Both the position numbers and the translations under genes were made by a program. Shown one piece after another: positions 28,936 to 41,402 of a stretch of DNA of 64,000 nt (positions are counted from its first letter, which is position 1; every line of letters starts with the position of its first letter). The notes beneath the pieces are model-generated. The model searched no databases. It saw only the letters and a list, made by a program, of their open reading frames with translations, and had not been told where the DNA came from. The stretch lies in contig JACQQV010000031.1 of the NCBI GenBank assembly GCA_016206785.1, positions 35,860 through 99,859 on the forward strand, in the 5' to 3' direction. Origin of the DNA: Candidatus Omnitrophota bacterium. Lineage in GTDB: Bacteria > Omnitrophota > Gorgyraeia > JACQQV01.

Positions 28936-31900
28936 GATACCACTTCGAGTTTTTCTTTAAGAGAATGGTGATATTCCTGAAGACTGCACACTTGAAGGTC
29001 TCCTGAAAGAAAGGCCTCGATGCCCCGCACAGACGCGGCGGCACCGGGGATCGTCGTAATACAAGGAATCCCCCGCTGGACCGCGCGACTCCGGATAAAC
29101 GCCTCGTCTGATTTTGGCTTTTTCCCCGTCGGGGTATTGATAATGAGATGAATTCCATTCTCACGGATGAGATCTAAGGCATTTGGGCTCCCCTCTTTGA
29201 TTTTTAAGATCTTACGTGCCGGAATCTGGTTTTCTGAGAGAACCTTGTGCGTCCCTGCTGTTGCGACCAAGGCATACCCGAGTTCAGCGAGGCGTTTGGC
29301 GATTGGAAGGATCGCTTTTTTGTCCTTATCCTTGACGGTGACAAAAACGGTCCCCTGCTTCGGAAGGATCTGCCCTGCGGCAAGCTGCGATTTGATATAG
29401 GCGTGGCCAAATTCGGAGTCAATTCCCATCACCTCTCCTGTCGATTTCATTTCAGGTCCCAAAATGATATCGACGCCGTGGAATCGCGTGAAAGGAAAGA
29501 CAGATTCTTTCACAGAAATGTATGGAGGGATTCTCTCCTGGGTGAAGCCGAGTTCTTTAAGAGTCTTCCCGACCATGATCTTGGCTGCCAGTTTTGCAAG
29601 AGGGATACCGATTGCTTTACTCACAAAAGGAATCGTCCGTGAGGCGCGGGGGTTGACCTCAAGCACATACACCGTCCCATTTTTTACGGCAAATTGGATA
29701 TTCATGAGGCCGACCACCTGGAGTTCTTTGGCAAGGGCATGGCTATTTTCTCGGATCTTGACGATCGTCTCGGATTTGAGCGAAAAAGGAGGCAATGCCA
29801 TGGCGCTGTCCCCTGAATGGATCCCCGCCTCTTCGATGTGCTCAAGAACTCCCCCGATGACCGTCGTCTCCCCGTCGGAAATAAGATCCACGTCGACCTC
29901 GATCGCATCTTCAAGGAATTGATCAATGAGAACCGGATGGTCTCCCGAGACAAAGACTGCCCGTTCCATGTAGCGCTCAAGGTCTTCTTCATCATAGACG
30001 ATCTCCATCGCCCGCCCTCCCAAAACATAGGAAGGACGGAGAAGGACCGGAAACCCGATCTGTCGGGCAACCTCTTTTGCCTTTTGGAGGGTGGTGGCGG
30101 TTCCGCTCTCCGGCTGCACCAGGTGGAGTTTGTCGACCACCTCTTTAAACCGTTCGCGATCCTCTGCCCGGTCGATCGCATCGGGACTTGTCCCGATAAT
30201 CAGCACCCCCGCCTTTTCAAGAGACTTGGCAAGATTAAGCGGCGTCTGCCCCCCGAACTGAACGATCACCCCCTCCGGTTTCTCACATTCCACAATATTC
30301 AACACGTCCTCCCGGGTGAGCGGTTCAAAGTAGAGTCGGTCAGAGGTGTCATAATCGGTAGAGACCGTTTCAGGGTTTGAATTCACCATAATCGTTTCGT
30401 AGCCGATCTCCTTCAAGGCAAAGGCGGCATGGACGCAACAATAATCAAATTCGATCCCCTGGCCGATCCGGTTCGGCCCTCCGCCGAGGATCATGATTTT
30501 TTTCTTCGAAGAGGGCTGCGCCTCGTTTTCAATTTCATACGTGGAATAGTAATAAGGGGTGAACGCCTCGAATTCTGCAGCACAGGTATCCACCAGTTTA
30601 AAGGTCGCCTCGACCCCCTCTTTCTTCCTCAGCTGTCGCACCGCCTCTTCGTTCATCCGCCAAAATGAAGCGAGTTGCACATCGCTAAATCCATATTGTT
30701 TCGCCTTTTTTAATAACACTGCACTCGGTTTGGAGGTGGTAAGTTCTTTCTCCATCTCGCAAAGTTCCTGAATCTGATGTAAAAACCACGGATCGATTTT
30801 GGTGAGGCCGTAGAGCTCATCGATCGAAAAATGATTTTGAATTGCGGCGCGGAGGTAAAAAATCCGGTCCTGGTTCGGAGAAGAGAGTTTTTTCCGGATT
30901 TCTTCCTTATCTTTAATGGAAAAGTCTTTTCCATCCCCTCCTAATCCAAACCGCCCAATTTCCAACCCCCGCACCCCTTTCTGAAGCGCTTCCTTAAACG
31001 TCCTCCCGATCGCCATCGTCTCCCCGACCGATTTCATTTGGGTCGTGAGGGTGGGATCAGCGGTCGGAAATTTTTCAAACGTCCAACGGGGGATCTTGAC
31101 CACGCAGTAATCGATGGTCGGCTCAAAACAGGCAGGGGTCTTGGCGGTGATGTCGTTCGAAATCTCATCAAGGGTGTAGCCGACGGCGAGTTTTGCAGCG
31201 ATCTTTGCGATCGGGAACCCGGTGGCCTTCGAAGCAAGGGCGCTACTTCTTGAGACCCGCGGATTCATTTCGATAATCACCATCCTCCCGTTTTTGGGAT
31301 CGACGGCAAACTGAATATTGCTTCCTCCCGTCTCTACCCCGATTTTCCGGATGACGGCGATCGCCTGATTACGCATGAGTTGATATTCTTTATCGGTCAA
31401 GGTCTGTGCGGGGGCTACAGTGATTGAGTCTCCGGTATGAACCCCCATCGGATCGAAGTTTTCAATGGAACAGATGATGACGACATTGTCTTTCCTGTCG
31501 CGCATGACCTCCAGTTCAAATTCCTTCCACCCGATCACCGATTCTTCGATCAGCACTTCATGCTTCATGCTCAAATCAAGGCCCCGGGCGGCGATTTCGT
31601 CAAGGTCCTCGAGCGCATAAGCAATGCCTCCCCCCGTCCCCCCCAACGTGAAACTGGGACGGATCACGACGGGGAAGCCGATCTCCTTCGCAAACGTGCG
31701 AGCCTCTCCGACGCTGTGGGCGATGCTGCTTCGAGGAAGGTCCAGACCGATCTCTTGCATCGCTTTTTTGAAAAATTCCCTCTCCTCCGCCATCTTGATC
31801 GCTTGGATATTTGCCCCCAGAACCTCCACGCCGAATTTTTTCAAAACGCCTTTTTCGGAAACTTCCACCGCGACATTCAAGCCCGTCTGGCCTCCCAATG

Positions 31901-32165
31901 TCGGCAAAAGCGCGTCGGGCCTCTCCCGCTCAATAATCTTTTCGATGACCTCTGCCGTGACCGGTTCCAGATAGGTCCGATCCGCAAATTCCGGATCGGT
32001 CATGATCGTAGCGGGGTTAGAGTTGACCAAGACCACCCCATACCCCTCCTCTCGAAGGGCCTTGCAGGCCTGGGTTCCAGAATAATCGAACTCGCAGGCC
32101 TGACCGATAATGATCGGTCCGGATCCGATGATAAGAATCTTTTTGAGTTCCGTTCGTTTAGGCAT
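28932..32165 (-). CDS. carB: Carbamoyl-phosphate synthase large subunit
   Basis: 1077 aa with two ATP-grasp halves and the classic CPSase L-chain sequence ([30 protein letters not shown]...). Confidence 0.9.
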   Translation of the reverse strand: MPKRTELKKILIIGSGPIIIGQACEFDYSGTQACKALREEGYGVVLVNSNPATIMTDPEFADRTYLEPVTAEVIEKIIERERPDALLPTLGGQTGLNVAVEVSEKGVLKKFGVEVLGANIQAIKMAEEREFFKKAMQEIGLDLPRSSIAHSVGEARTFAKEIGFPVVIRPSFTLGGTGGGIAYALEDLDEIAARGLDLSMKHEVLIEESVIGWKEFELEVMRDRKDNVVIICSIENFDPMGVHTGDSITVAPAQTLTDKEYQLMRNQAIAVIRKIGVETGGSNIQFAVDPKNGRMVIIEMNPRVSRSSALASKATGFPIAKIAAKLAVGYTLDEISNDITAKTPACFEPTIDYCVVKIPRWTFEKFPTADPTLTTQMKSVGETMAIGRTFKEALQKGVRGLEIGRFGLGGDGKDFSIKDKEEIRKKLSSPNQDRIFYLRAAIQNHFSIDELYGLTKIDPWFLHQIQELCEMEKELTTSKPSAVLLKKAKQYGFSDVQLASFWRMNEEAVRQLRKKEGVEATFKLVDTCAAEFEAFTPYYYSTYEIENEAQPSSKKKIMILGGGPNRIGQGIEFDYCCVHAAFALKEIGYETIMVNSNPETVSTDYDTSDRLYFEPLTREDVLNIVECEKPEGVIVQFGGQTPLNLAKSLEKAGVLIIGTSPDAIDRAEDRERFKEVVDKLHLVQPESGTATTLQKAKEVARQIGFPVLLRPSYVLGGRAMEIVYDEEDLERYMERAVFVSGDHPVLIDQFLEDAIEVDVDLISDGETTVIGGVLEHIEEAGIHSGDSAMALPPFSLKSETIVKIRENSHALAKELQVVGLMNIQFAVKNGTVYVLEVNPRASRTIPFVSKAIGIPLAKLAAKIMVGKTLKELGFTQERIPPYISVKESVFPFTRFHGVDIILGPEMKSTGEVMGIDSEFGHAYIKSQLAAGQILPKQGTVFVTVKDKDKKAILPIAKRLAELGYALVATAGTHKVLSENQIPARKILKIKEGSPNALDLIRENGIHLIINTPTGKKPKSDEAFIRSRAVQRGIPCITTIPGAAASVRGIEAFLSGDLQVCSLQEYHHSLKEKLEVVS

Positions 32166-32167
32166 GG

Positions 32168-33406
32168 TTAAAAAAGTTCCAGCTGCTTATCCTTCTCCTG
32201 CGCCGCTTCCTCTCCTCCAAAAATCTCTATTTTCCCATATTCTCCGTCGTAGCCGGGATGGATCTTAAGCCTCCCCTCCCGAACACGGAGAATGCCTTCG
32301 GCGACTTTGGGAGGCGCTTGTTTTCGAAGAGCTTCTCCTGACGCCTCAAAGAGGATCAAAAACTCGTTTCCAAATTCCTGAATAAGTCTTTGATATTCCC
32401 TCTCAACGGCCTGGGAAGCAACGCCAACTCCCAGCGCTTCAGAAATAATTTCATCCAACGGAACCATGTTCCGATAAGGAATCGCCCCTCCCAGCCGGAA
32501 CCCCTCAGGTCGATCCGCAAGCGCATCCACCCGATGCATGACCCCAATCGTGACAGGCTTCCCACAGGTCGTGCAGCGCCCCTTGTGCGATTTTGTTTCC
32601 GCAGGAGACCAGACGACGTTGCACTTCCGGTGGCCGTCAAAATGATACTTTCCCTCTTCCGGGAAAAATTCGATGGTGAAAAGAAACCGTTTTGGATCTT
32701 TTCTTTGAATCGCCTCCGCGATCTCGCCATAATCCAGTTCACAGTCAAAACAGTTCGCCTCCCGTCCGAGCCGGCGGGCACTGTGACAATCGGAGTTAGA
32801 AATAAGCGCATACCGATCCAGACGGCTCAAACGCCAATTCATTGCGGGGTCACTGGAGAGCCCTGTCTCGAGGGCGAAAATGTTTTTTGCTTCCTCTTCG
32901 TAACATTCCTCGACGGTATCAAATCCTGACTGAGACCCAAAGATCGCGAAATGGGGCGTCCAGGCATGGGCCGGAATAATCAGCGCACGGGGCTCCACTC
33001 CCAGAACGATCTTCACCAGTTGCCTCGCTTCCATCATGAGAAGCGGTCTTCCGTCACTCCCCAGGTCTCCAAAAGAGGCGAGTTCCTGATTCATCTTCTC
33101 GACCGACTCCAGGCTCGGTGAAAAAATAAGGTGGTGGATATTCTTTGCCTTCCCTCCACGATAGAAAAGGGTGTTGACTTCCGTCGTCAGGATAAAATGA
33201 ACGCCATGGTATTCAAAAAGCCCGCGTCCTGTCGGGGCAAGATCTCTTTTCAGCCCCTCAAACCACAACGGATGGGTAAAATCGCCGGTCCCGATGAGCC
33301 CCACTCCCTTGAGTCGAGCCCACTTGCTCAGTTCCTTAAGATCGAGTTGGTTGCTCGTCGCCCGGCTATATTTGGAGTGAATGTGGAAATCGGCAATAAA
33401 TTTCAT
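32168..33406 (-). CDS. PHP-domain (polymerase/histidinol-phosphatase-like) metal-dependent phosphoesterase family protein
   Basis: The N-terminus is [18 protein letters not shown]. It has multiple His/Asp metal ligands and is embedded within the pyr operon. Confidence 0.55.
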   Translation of the reverse strand: MKFIADFHIHSKYSRATSNQLDLKELSKWARLKGVGLIGTGDFTHPLWFEGLKRDLAPTGRGLFEYHGVHFILTTEVNTLFYRGGKAKNIHHLIFSPSLESVEKMNQELASFGDLGSDGRPLLMMEARQLVKIVLGVEPRALIIPAHAWTPHFAIFGSQSGFDTVEECYEEEAKNIFALETGLSSDPAMNWRLSRLDRYALISNSDCHSARRLGREANCFDCELDYGEIAEAIQRKDPKRFLFTIEFFPEEGKYHFDGHRKCNVVWSPAETKSHKGRCTTCGKPVTIGVMHRVDALADRPEGFRLGGAIPYRNMVPLDEIISEALGVGVASQAVEREYQRLIQEFGNEFLILFEASGEALRKQAPPKVAEGILRVREGRLKIHPGYDGEYGKIEIFGGEEAAQEKDKQLELF

Positions 33407-33846
33407 AATGTTTTTAGAATTTGTGAAGCGCGCTTCCAGTGAGTCGCCGCCCAGTAAAGACGCTTACACGAAGGACATTGAGAAAAATCCTTTTGGGTTT
33501 TAAACACGTAAGGAGGTACTTTCCTTCCAACCTTTTCCTTGGCAATCCGTTTCACAGGGACATTACAGAGGAGGCATCGCAAAAAAAGCCGCTTCATTGA
33601 AAGACGGATACCGCATGATCTCCGAAGTTCCTTGAGTTGCTCGCCGAATCGATCGTGCCGGATAAGCCAAACCGGTGTCCCCCGATGACCTCTAAGGGCC
33701 AAGTGCCTTGTCAAAATGATCCGCTCATCCGCCGTCGCCTTGGCCAAGAGATCCGCAATGCGCCCCTTGAAAATCTCAGCGTCGTACCCAACAGCCCTAA
33801 GCCACTTGGCTAACCGCCCGAGTTCTGGTGTCAGCAGAAATTTCAC
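33403..33846 (-). CDS. Mut7-C RNase-domain (DUF82) protein
   Basis: [23 protein letters not shown]... plus a C-terminal zinc ribbon CLLCNVPV...CPSCKRLYW. Confidence 0.55.
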   Translation of the reverse strand: MKFLLTPELGRLAKWLRAVGYDAEIFKGRIADLLAKATADERIILTRHLALRGHRGTPVWLIRHDRFGEQLKELRRSCGIRLSMKRLFLRCLLCNVPVKRIAKEKVGRKVPPYVFKTQKDFSQCPSCKRLYWAATHWKRASQILKTL

Positions 33847-34928
33847 TTTGCCATCACCCTGATAAATTCGTCGAAAAGATATCGCGCATCATGGGGACCC
33901 GGTGAAGCCTCGGGATGATACTGGACAGAAAAAACAGGAAGTTTTTTATGGCGCATCCCTTCGACGGTTTTGTCGTTCAGATTGACATGCGTCAGTATCA
34001 TTTCCCTGTCCGGGATTGAATCAATATCGACGCAGAATCCATGGTTCTGGGCGGTAATTTCCACTTTTTGACTCGCAAGATGGAGAACCGGATGGTTCCC
34101 CCCATGATGGCCGAACTTGAGTTTAAAGGTCCGCCCGCCGAATGCAAGACCCAGAATCTGGTGACCGAGGCAGATCCCGAAGATCGGAAGTTTGTCTAAA
34201 AGATTCCGCACCGTCTCGATGGCATACGTCACTGCTTCTGGATCACCCGGACCATTTGAAAGGAAGAGCCCAGCCGGCCGATAAGAAAGAACTTCGTCGG
34301 CGGTCGCGGAAGCGGGGAGTACCGTGACGCGGCACCCAAGTGCGGTGAGTTGCCGCAAAATATTCTGCTTAATGCCATAATCCATCGCGACCACAGGATA
34401 CGGGCTGGCCGCCTCTTGAGGGTTCCAGACATACGGTTTTTCACAAGTCACCTCTTTCACAAGGTCCCTTCCCACAAGGCCTGGAGACTCCTGCACTTTC
34501 TTAAGGAGTTCTTTGGGATTGTGTGTTGTTGTGGAAATGATTCCCTTTTTTGCGCCCTGTGTCCGAAGATGCTTGGTGAGCGCTCTGGTATCGACCCCCT
34601 GAATCCCCACAATCCCATATCGCGTTAAATACTCCTTAAGACCCCCCTCGGCGCGGTGGTTACTTGTGATTTGACTGAGTTCCTTGACCACAAATCCCTC
34701 GACAAACGGCCGTCGGGACTCAATATCTTCCTCATTCACTCCGTAATTCCCGATATGCGGATAGGTCATGGTGACTATCTGACCCTTATAGGAAGGATCC
34801 GTAAGGATCTCTTGATAACCGGTCATACTGGTATTAAAGACGACCTCCCCAAAGGCTTCCCCTTCCGAGCCGATCGACTCCCCTTCCAGCAAAAAATTGT
34901 CTTCCAGGCAAAGGGAAGCCTTTTTCAC
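33843..34928 (-). CDS. carA: Carbamoyl-phosphate synthase small (glutamine amidotransferase) subunit
   Basis: The GICLGHQ catalytic Cys motif and the HH...E triad region. 361 aa. Confidence 0.9.
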   Translation of the reverse strand: MKKASLCLEDNFLLEGESIGSEGEAFGEVVFNTSMTGYQEILTDPSYKGQIVTMTYPHIGNYGVNEEDIESRRPFVEGFVVKELSQITSNHRAEGGLKEYLTRYGIVGIQGVDTRALTKHLRTQGAKKGIISTTTHNPKELLKKVQESPGLVGRDLVKEVTCEKPYVWNPQEAASPYPVVAMDYGIKQNILRQLTALGCRVTVLPASATADEVLSYRPAGLFLSNGPGDPEAVTYAIETVRNLLDKLPIFGICLGHQILGLAFGGRTFKLKFGHHGGNHPVLHLASQKVEITAQNHGFCVDIDSIPDREMILTHVNLNDKTVEGMRHKKLPVFSVQYHPEASPGPHDARYLFDEFIRVMAK

Positions 34929-35704
34929 GGTGAGGAATCCTCCTTTAAAATAAGCCTCATTCTCTTTTCCATCTCTTGGGTAATCTCAACGAGTTTCACA
35001 TGCTCCGGCCGAAATTCAAATTCCTCTTCTAAAAGTTCCAAGTTCGGTTGAATGTCCCAAAAATGCTGTCTCATGACCTCCTGACCCGATGCGTCGTACA
35101 GGACAAGGTCCTGAAGGAGCCCATGTTCATCTGAAATTCTCATGCGACAGAGCGCGGGGGTAAGCACCCCTTGATGCCGAATCGCCTTTTTGGGAACCCC
35201 TTCAAAAAGGTATATAGTTTTGCCATCGATTCTCTCTTCATCCAAAAACTGAAGCGTCTTCGTCTCTATGAGATCAAAAGGATTCTGAAGATTAAGAAGA
35301 TCCTGGGATGCAAAGGCATCCGGATATTTCCCCCGAAGGACTTCTTCCTGCTGGCGGAAGGCGATCCTCGCGGAAGGGAGATATTGCCAAACAATCCCCC
35401 CCTTCCAATAGATGACCTGACTCAATTCCTTTGAATCACGAAGGGACATCTCGGTCCGAAGCATCTTCGGCCATTTGAAAAGGGTGACCCCTGTTAAGAA
35501 AAATTCTTTCCCATCGGCGAGGAGCCAAAGATCAAAATTGGCTTTGTAACTCTGGACACCGAGTGCCTTCTGTTCAACTCGTGAAGCGATATGACTTCCA
35601 AGATCTTCTGCCCTCACCATGAAGGAAAGGGCCGACATCCCCACGATGCCGACGGCCACGGCTCTCAGAAAGGAGAAGTTAGTCACCCTTTGTAATTTTC
35701 CCAT
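34925..35704 (-). CDS. Signal-peptide-bearing periplasmic protein, LolA-like/outer-membrane-lipoprotein-sorting fold (tentative)
   Basis: It has an N-terminal hydrophobic signal sequence and its length and composition resemble the LolA/RseB family. The assignment is weak. Confidence 0.3.
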   Translation of the reverse strand: MGKLQRVTNFSFLRAVAVGIVGMSALSFMVRAEDLGSHIASRVEQKALGVQSYKANFDLWLLADGKEFFLTGVTLFKWPKMLRTEMSLRDSKELSQVIYWKGGIVWQYLPSARIAFRQQEEVLRGKYPDAFASQDLLNLQNPFDLIETKTLQFLDEERIDGKTIYLFEGVPKKAIRHQGVLTPALCRMRISDEHGLLQDLVLYDASGQEVMRQHFWDIQPNLELLEEEFEFRPEHVKLVEITQEMEKRMRLILKEDSSP

Positions 35705-36989
35705 CTTTCATCACAATCCGTCCGCTGACCATCGTGATCTTTGCGCGTCCTTTGAGCGTCCGGCCGACAAAGGGAGAATTCTTGCTTTTTGATTCAAAGT
35801 CTTCGCTCCGGAGAGTCCATGTCTCATCGGGATCAATCACAGTAATGTCCGCATCCATCCCGATCGACAACGTCCCCTTTGGAAGCCCGAGGAGTGTGGC
35901 GGGGGCTAAAGACATCCGGCTCACCAGTTCTGAAGGGGTCAATACTCCCGTATGCACAAGAGACAGACAAAGCCCGAGGGAACTTTCAAGGCCGATAATC
36001 CCAAACGGTGCCGCGTCGAACTCTGTATCCTTCTCCTGCTCCGTATGAGGGGCATGGTCGGTGGCAATGCAATCAATCGTTCCATCCTTAAGGGCCTTTT
36101 TCACCGCTTCCACATCCTCCTCCGAGCGGAGAGGTGGATTCATCTTAAAATTGGCATCGAAACAGGAGATGTCTTTATCTGTTAAGGAAAAATAATGGGG
36201 TGCGGTTTCGCAGGTCACGGCCAACCCTTGTCGCTTCGCTTCACGAATGAGTTCGATCGAGCGTTCGCTACTCACATGCGCGAAATGGACTTTCCCTCCC
36301 ACGAACTTCACAAGTTCGATGTCCCGTGCCACCATAATGCTCTCGCAGACTGAAGGGATGCCGCGAAGACCAAGAACCGTCGACGTATACCCTTCGTGCA
36401 TCACCCCTCCTTCAAAAAGGGACGGATCCTGTTCATGGGCGATGATTGGAAGCCCAAACATGGCGGCGTACTCGAGGGCGTGGCGCATCAATTTTGCATT
36501 GTGAATCGGTTTTCCATCATCGGAAAGGGCCACACATCCCACGCTCGCCAGTTCCCCGATTTCTGAAAGTTCTTCTCCTTTAAGCCCCTTGGTGACCGCG
36601 GCAACCGGAAAGACATTCACAAGGCCTACCCGTTTTGCTTCCGAGAGGAGAAATTCAACTGCCCCCCGGTTATCCACCACCGGGTCCGTGTTCGCCATCG
36701 GAAGGACAGAAGTAAATCCTCCCTTGGCCGCTGCACGACTCCCCGTCAGAATCGTTTCTTTATCCTCTCGGCCCGGCTGCCGGAGGTGGACATGCATGTC
36801 CATGAGCCCAGGCACCACCCATAATCCGTCGGCATCGATAACCTGTGAGCCGTTTGGAGAAAGATGCTTCCCGACCTGCACAATCTTTCCCCGTTCAACC
36901 AAAAGATCACACCGCTCATCCCGTTTATTCTTCGGATCAATGACCCGACCCCCTTTAAACAGAAACTTCATCGCGTTCCTCTTTCGCAC
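35679..36989 (-). CDS. pyrC: Dihydroorotase
   Basis: Amidohydrolase motifs [10 protein letters not shown] and DHAPH. The start may instead be the internal MKFLFKGG at 36971. Confidence 0.85.
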   Translation of the reverse strand: MRKRNAMKFLFKGGRVIDPKNKRDERCDLLVERGKIVQVGKHLSPNGSQVIDADGLWVVPGLMDMHVHLRQPGREDKETILTGSRAAAKGGFTSVLPMANTDPVVDNRGAVEFLLSEAKRVGLVNVFPVAAVTKGLKGEELSEIGELASVGCVALSDDGKPIHNAKLMRHALEYAAMFGLPIIAHEQDPSLFEGGVMHEGYTSTVLGLRGIPSVCESIMVARDIELVKFVGGKVHFAHVSSERSIELIREAKRQGLAVTCETAPHYFSLTDKDISCFDANFKMNPPLRSEEDVEAVKKALKDGTIDCIATDHAPHTEQEKDTEFDAAPFGIIGLESSLGLCLSLVHTGVLTPSELVSRMSLAPATLLGLPKGTLSIGMDADITVIDPDETWTLRSEDFESKSKNSPFVGRTLKGRAKITMVSGRIVMKDGKITKGD

Positions 36990-37911
36990 GATTCACCTGG
37001 GAGACGAGAAATAAAACCGCCATTCTCACCGCGACCCCGTTGGTCACCTGATCGAGAATGACAGAGTAAGGTCCATCGGCCACTTCCGGCGCAATTTCAA
37101 CCCCCCGGTTCATGGGGCCGGGATGAAGGATCAGAAGATCTTTTTTTGCCTTCCGCAACCGCTCGGGGGTGATGCAAAACTTTTGCGCATACTCACGAAT
37201 AGAAGGGAAAAGACACCCCTGCTGCCGTTCCAGCTGCACCCGGAGAATGTTGAGGACATCCGCACCTGCAATCGCCTCTTCGAGGTCGCAGGTGGTCCGG
37301 GCATTGAGCCGCCCACACTCCACCGGGAGAAGCGTCTTGGGTCCGCAGAGGGTGACTTCGGCTCCCAACTTCAAAAGCCCCCAGAGGTTGGACCGTGCAA
37401 CTCTCGAATGAAGAATGTCCCCGATGATGCTGACCTTGAGCCCCTCAAGTTTCCCTTTTTTCTCCTGGATCGTCATCATATCCAGAAGCCCTTGTGTCGG
37501 ATGTTCGTGGGAACCATCCCCTGCATTCACAACGGAACTTTTGAGGGAGCGCGCAAGGAGATGGCAGCTTCCCGGCGACGGGTGGCGCATCACAAGAATA
37601 TCCACCTTCATCGCCTCGATGTTGCGCGCCATGTCCTTCAAGGTCTCTCCCTTTGCAAGACTGGAGCCCTGTACAGCGATATGCATCGCATCGGCACTTA
37701 AGCGTTTCGCAGCGAGCTCAAAACTGACCCGCGTCCTTGTCGAAGGCTCAAAAAAGAGGTTCACCACCGTCTTCCCCCGAAGTGTCGGTACCTTTTTGAT
37801 GGGACGGGCAGAAATTTCTTTAAAGGAGCGGGCCGTTTCCAAGACAAGGCGGATCTCCTTTTCGGAAAGTTCCTCGAGCCCCAAAAGATCTTTTCGGGTC
37901 CATCGCGTCAT
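36955..37911 (-). CDS. pyrB: Aspartate carbamoyltransferase catalytic subunit
   Basis: [13 protein letters not shown] (STRTR), HPTQ and HSRVARS motifs. Confidence 0.9.
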   Translation of the reverse strand: MTRWTRKDLLGLEELSEKEIRLVLETARSFKEISARPIKKVPTLRGKTVVNLFFEPSTRTRVSFELAAKRLSADAMHIAVQGSSLAKGETLKDMARNIEAMKVDILVMRHPSPGSCHLLARSLKSSVVNAGDGSHEHPTQGLLDMMTIQEKKGKLEGLKVSIIGDILHSRVARSNLWGLLKLGAEVTLCGPKTLLPVECGRLNARTTCDLEEAIAGADVLNILRVQLERQQGCLFPSIREYAQKFCITPERLRKAKKDLLILHPGPMNRGVEIAPEVADGPYSVILDQVTNGVAVRMAVLFLVSQVNRAKEERDEVSV

Positions 37912-38462
37912 CGCTCTGTCTCCTCGATCACGACCTCATCGACCCCATCCGTTTCTTGAAATCGTACCTGTACAATCTCCTGTAGAGAGGTGGGAAGATT
38001 CTTGCCGACGTAGTCGGCTCGAATAGGAAGATCCCGATGCCCTCGATCGATAAGAACCGCAAGTTGTATGGTGCGGGGTCTCCCGAAATCGATCAGTTCA
38101 TCTAAAGCGCAGCGGACGGTGCGGCCTGTAAAAAGAACGTCGTCCACCAAAATAACTTTGCGATCGGTGATGTCAAAATCGATCCGCGTCTCATGCACCA
38201 CAGGGCTTTGGGCCACCTGGGTGAGGTCATCCCGATAAAGGGTGATGTCGAGGGCGCCGAGGGTCAGCGTTGTGTCATTCATCTTGCGGATCGCTCCACT
38301 CAACCGCTGGGCAAGAATCACTCCTCGCGTCATGACCCCGATCAACACAAGGTGCCCTAGGTCCTTCTGGTTTTTCTCGACAATCTCATGGGCAAGACGG
38401 ATCACCACTTTTTCGATCCCCTCGCTGTCCAAAATTTTTGCCTTCTCTCGAAAGGAACTCAT
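37908..38462 (-). CDS. pyrR: Bifunctional pyrimidine operon regulatory protein / uracil phosphoribosyltransferase
   Basis: PRTase motif [19 protein letters not shown]. The start is refined to [12 protein letters not shown]; the track N-extension reads through the leader. Confidence 0.8.
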   Translation of the reverse strand: MSSFREKAKILDSEGIEKVVIRLAHEIVEKNQKDLGHLVLIGVMTRGVILAQRLSGAIRKMNDTTLTLGALDITLYRDDLTQVAQSPVVHETRIDFDITDRKVILVDDVLFTGRTVRCALDELIDFGRPRTIQLAVLIDRGHRDLPIRADYVGKNLPTSLQEIVQVRFQETDGVDEVVIEETER

Positions 38463-38525
38463 AGGTACTTTCTTAAAAAGAAACCCTCCGGAACCGAATG
38501 TGAAAGTAATTCGGCCAAGGAGGGC

Positions 38526-38556
38526 AAAAAAATAGCCCACCCCGTCATGGGTAGGC
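38526..38556 (-). terminator. Leader terminator/attenuator upstream of pyrR (also downstream of rsmI)
   Basis: Minus-strand RNA: GCCUACCC-augacg-GGGUGGGC followed by UAUUUUUUU. It lies about 65 nt upstream of the pyrR start, consistent with PyrR-dependent attenuation. I could not confirm the PyrR-binding loop motif. Confidence 0.45.
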
Positions 38557-38668
38557 TTCGCTTTCCAAAAACCTTCATGCCTGCTCCTTTACCAACCTCA
38601 CGGGGTTAGTTTAAAAGGTTGCTTGTTGAAGAAGTATACCTTCCCCCTCACCCTTTGTCAAGGATTTT

Positions 38669-39373
38669 TTATGTCTCCTCAGAGGAAGTTTCTCTTTCCA
38701 TACCGATCTCTTTTAAATGAAAGAGGATAACAAATTCTCCTTTCACCCCTTTTTTTTCGAAATGCGCAATCTGTTCACCCACTTTTTTGCGAAGTACCTC
38801 TTCAAATTTCTTGGTCATCTCCCGGACGATCACAACCTCGATATCCCCCAGAACCTCCAAAATATCTTTGAGACTTGAAAGAAGTCGATGCGGCGCCTCA
38901 TAAAAAATGACGGTCCTTTTTTCGGAAGAGAGCCGTCGTAACTTTCTTTGCCTTTGCCCCCTCTTGGGGGGAAGATATCCTTCAAAGACAAAGCGATCCG
39001 GCGGGAGTCCTGAGAGAACGAGGGCTGTGATCGCAGCCGTGGGCCCGGGAATCACGGTAAAGGGGATCCCTTCCCGGATCGCTCCCTGCGTCAGAAAAAA
39101 TCCGGGATCTTGAAGCACGGGGGTCCCCGCATCCGAAATCAGCGCCACATCCTTGCCTTCCTTGAGGCGCTTCAGGATTTCATCTGCACGGATCCGTTCG
39201 TTGTGATCAAAGTAACTCATGAGGGGAGCGGTAATCCCATAGGCGGAGGTCAATTTTCGGGCGTGGCGGGTGTCTTCGCAAGCAATCAAATCGACCGACC
39301 TCAAGACCTCCAAGGCCCTGAGACTAATATCTTTTAAATTTCCGATAGGGGTTGCAACAAGGTACAACACCAT
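38669..39373 (-). CDS. rsmI: 16S rRNA (cytidine1402-2'-O)-methyltransferase
   Basis: Tetrapyrrole-methylase-family N-terminus MVLYLVATPIGNLKDISLRALEVL. The start is refined to MVLY. Confidence 0.75.
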   Translation of the reverse strand: MVLYLVATPIGNLKDISLRALEVLRSVDLIACEDTRHARKLTSAYGITAPLMSYFDHNERIRADEILKRLKEGKDVALISDAGTPVLQDPGFFLTQGAIREGIPFTVIPGPTAAITALVLSGLPPDRFVFEGYLPPKRGQRQRKLRRLSSEKRTVIFYEAPHRLLSSLKDILEVLGDIEVVIVREMTKKFEEVLRKKVGEQIAHFEKKGVKGEFVILFHLKEIGMERETSSEET

Positions 39374-41208
39374 TACTCTACCGTGACACTCTTTGCCAAG
39401 TTTCTCGGCTGATCGACATTGCATCCGCTTTCAATCGCAAGATGGTAGGCCAGAAGCTGCAAGGGGACAACAACGAGGATTGGAGAAAAAAGTTCGCTCA
39501 CCTCAGGAATATAGAAAACATGGTCGGAATACTTGGCAATGGCGGGATCTCCTTTTGTCGCAACGGAAAGGATAATCCCCCTCCGCGCGCGCACCTCCTG
39601 AATATTCGACGCCATCTTGTCATACGTCTCGCTCCGGGGTGCGATGCAGACAACGGGAAGCTTCTCATTGATGAGCGCAATCGGCCCGTGCTTCATCTCC
39701 CCCGCCCCATACCCTTCTGCATGAATATAGGAAAGCTCTTTAAGTTTGAGCGCCCCTTCAAGGGCGCTCGGGAAATTGACCCCCCGCCCGAGAAAAAGGA
39801 AATTGGCCGCCGTGTGGTACCGTTTCCCACATTCCCTTGCCACCTCTTGAATGTGCCGGTCTTTGATCACCTCCTCCAATCTGCGGGGAAGTGAAGCGAG
39901 TTCCTTTAAATACGCTCTCTCCTCCTTGGCGCCCAAGGCCCCCCTCAACCGACCCAGGTAAACCGAGAGAAGATAAAGAGCGGTAAGTTGTGACGTATAC
40001 GCTTTCGTCGACGGAACCGCGATCTCGGGGCCGGCATGCGTATAAAGAACTGTGTCCGATTCCCGAGCGATCGTGCTCCCCACCACATTGCAGATCGAAA
40101 GGACCTTGGCCCCTTTTTCTTTCGCCTCCCGAAGACTCGCAAGGGTGTCTGCCGTTTCCCCCGATTGGGAAATCGGAATAGCCAACGTATCTTTTGCCAC
40201 GATCGGATGGCGATAACGGAATTCGCTTGAGATATCGACTTCCGAGGGAAGCTGGGCAACTCTCTCAAAAAGATACTTCCCGATAAGAGAGGCGTGCCAG
40301 GCGGTTCCGCAACTGAAAAAAATCACCCGTCGGATCCGTTTGAGCAAAGAGGAAGAAAGTTTTTTCTCAAAGGAGAGTGAAAGTTTTTCTTCCTCAAGCC
40401 GACCCGCCAGAGTCCGATGGATCGCCTGGGGTTGTTCATGAATCTCCTTAAGCATGTAATGAGGAAAGCCCCCTTTTTCCGCCAAGGAAACATTCCACTC
40501 GATCCGATGAAAATTTCTATGGACTGGCTTCCCCCGAAAATTCTGGATGGCAATGCGGTTCTTCCGTAAGGTGACGATTTCCCCATCATCCAGATAGAGG
40601 ACTTTCTTGGTATAGGTAAAAAAGGCGAGGACATCACTCGCAAGAAACTGTTCTCCTCCCCCAACGCCGACGACCAGGGGACTTCCTTTCCTCGCGCCGA
40701 GGATCTGGTCCGGATGGTTCTTATGGAGGACGACGATGGCATAGGTGCCCTCAATCTCCTTGAGCGCCCGGCGCACCGCCTGCACCAGATCCCCTTCGTC
40801 GTAACATTCGATCAAATGGCTAATGACTTCCGTATCGGTCTGCGAACGGAAGGTGTGCCCTTGTTGAATCAGTTGCGTCTTAAGGGTCCCGAAATTCTCA
40901 ACGATCCCGTTATGCACAACAGAGATTTTCCCGGAACAATCGAGATGGGGGTGAGCATTTTTTTCATTCGGGAGACCGTGTGTCGCCCAGCGGGTGTGGC
41001 CTATGCCGAGGAGCCCTTGAAGGGGATCGGAGCGGAGAGAGGCGTCCAGCACTGAAAGTTTCCCTTGGCGTTTTCTTAAGGACAGCTTCCCCCCCGAAAG
41101 GACCGCGATCCCTGCCGAGTCATACCCTCGGTATTCAAGGGTCTTGAGCCCCTTCAAAAGGACAGGCACCGCATCCCGCTTGCCGATATAGCCTACGATA
41201 CCGCACAC
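39373..41208 (-). CDS. glmS: Glutamine--fructose-6-phosphate aminotransferase (isomerising)
   Basis: The N-terminal nucleophile MCGIVGYIG, then GIGHTRWATHG, two SIS domains, and the C-terminus ...KSVTVE. Confidence 0.9.
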   Translation of the reverse strand: MCGIVGYIGKRDAVPVLLKGLKTLEYRGYDSAGIAVLSGGKLSLRKRQGKLSVLDASLRSDPLQGLLGIGHTRWATHGLPNEKNAHPHLDCSGKISVVHNGIVENFGTLKTQLIQQGHTFRSQTDTEVISHLIECYDEGDLVQAVRRALKEIEGTYAIVVLHKNHPDQILGARKGSPLVVGVGGGEQFLASDVLAFFTYTKKVLYLDDGEIVTLRKNRIAIQNFRGKPVHRNFHRIEWNVSLAEKGGFPHYMLKEIHEQPQAIHRTLAGRLEEEKLSLSFEKKLSSSLLKRIRRVIFFSCGTAWHASLIGKYLFERVAQLPSEVDISSEFRYRHPIVAKDTLAIPISQSGETADTLASLREAKEKGAKVLSICNVVGSTIARESDTVLYTHAGPEIAVPSTKAYTSQLTALYLLSVYLGRLRGALGAKEERAYLKELASLPRRLEEVIKDRHIQEVARECGKRYHTAANFLFLGRGVNFPSALEGALKLKELSYIHAEGYGAGEMKHGPIALINEKLPVVCIAPRSETYDKMASNIQEVRARRGIILSVATKGDPAIAKYSDHVFYIPEVSELFSPILVVVPLQLLAYHLAIESGCNVDQPRNLAKSVTVE

Positions 41209-41237
41209 TTTACACGTTTCACCTTTCGCTCAATTAT

Positions 41238-41312
41238 TGACCCCGACGGGATTCGAACCCGTGTCGAGAGCTCGAAAGGCTCTTGTCCTAGACCAGGCTA
41301 GACGACGGGGTC
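41238..41312 (-). tRNA. tRNA-Glu (anticodon TTC), no encoded CCA
   Basis: The reverse complement is GACCCCGTCGTCTAGCCTGGTCTAGGACAAGAGCCTTTCGAGCTCTCGACACGGGTTCGAATCCCGTCGGGGTCA. The anticodon loop is cTTTCga. Confidence 0.75.
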
Positions 41313-41329
41313 GTAAACAAAAAGACCTT

Positions 41330-41398
41330 GGACAAAAGACCCGAGACTACAGACCCTGAGGGTCTTTGGTCTTTAGTCTTTGGTCTGAGGTCTATAAT
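41330..41398. repeat. GGTCTTT-family repeat cluster arranged as an inverted repeat (AAGACC...AGACCCTGAGGGTCT...GGTCTTTGGTCTTTAGTCTTTGGTCTGAGGTCT) between tRNA-Glu and the gyrA 3' end
   Basis: The central perfect palindrome AGACCC-TGA-GGGTCT is at 41351-41365. It is flanked by AAGACC units on the left and GGTCTTT units on the right. Confidence 0.6.
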
Positions 41399-41402
41399 TT
41401 TA

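Noticed and set aside
41351-41365. AGACCC-TGA-GGGTCT hairpin as the gyrA transcription terminator
   Set aside because: The hairpin has no U-tract following it on the minus-strand transcript. It is more parsimoniously part of the GGTCTTT repeat cluster.
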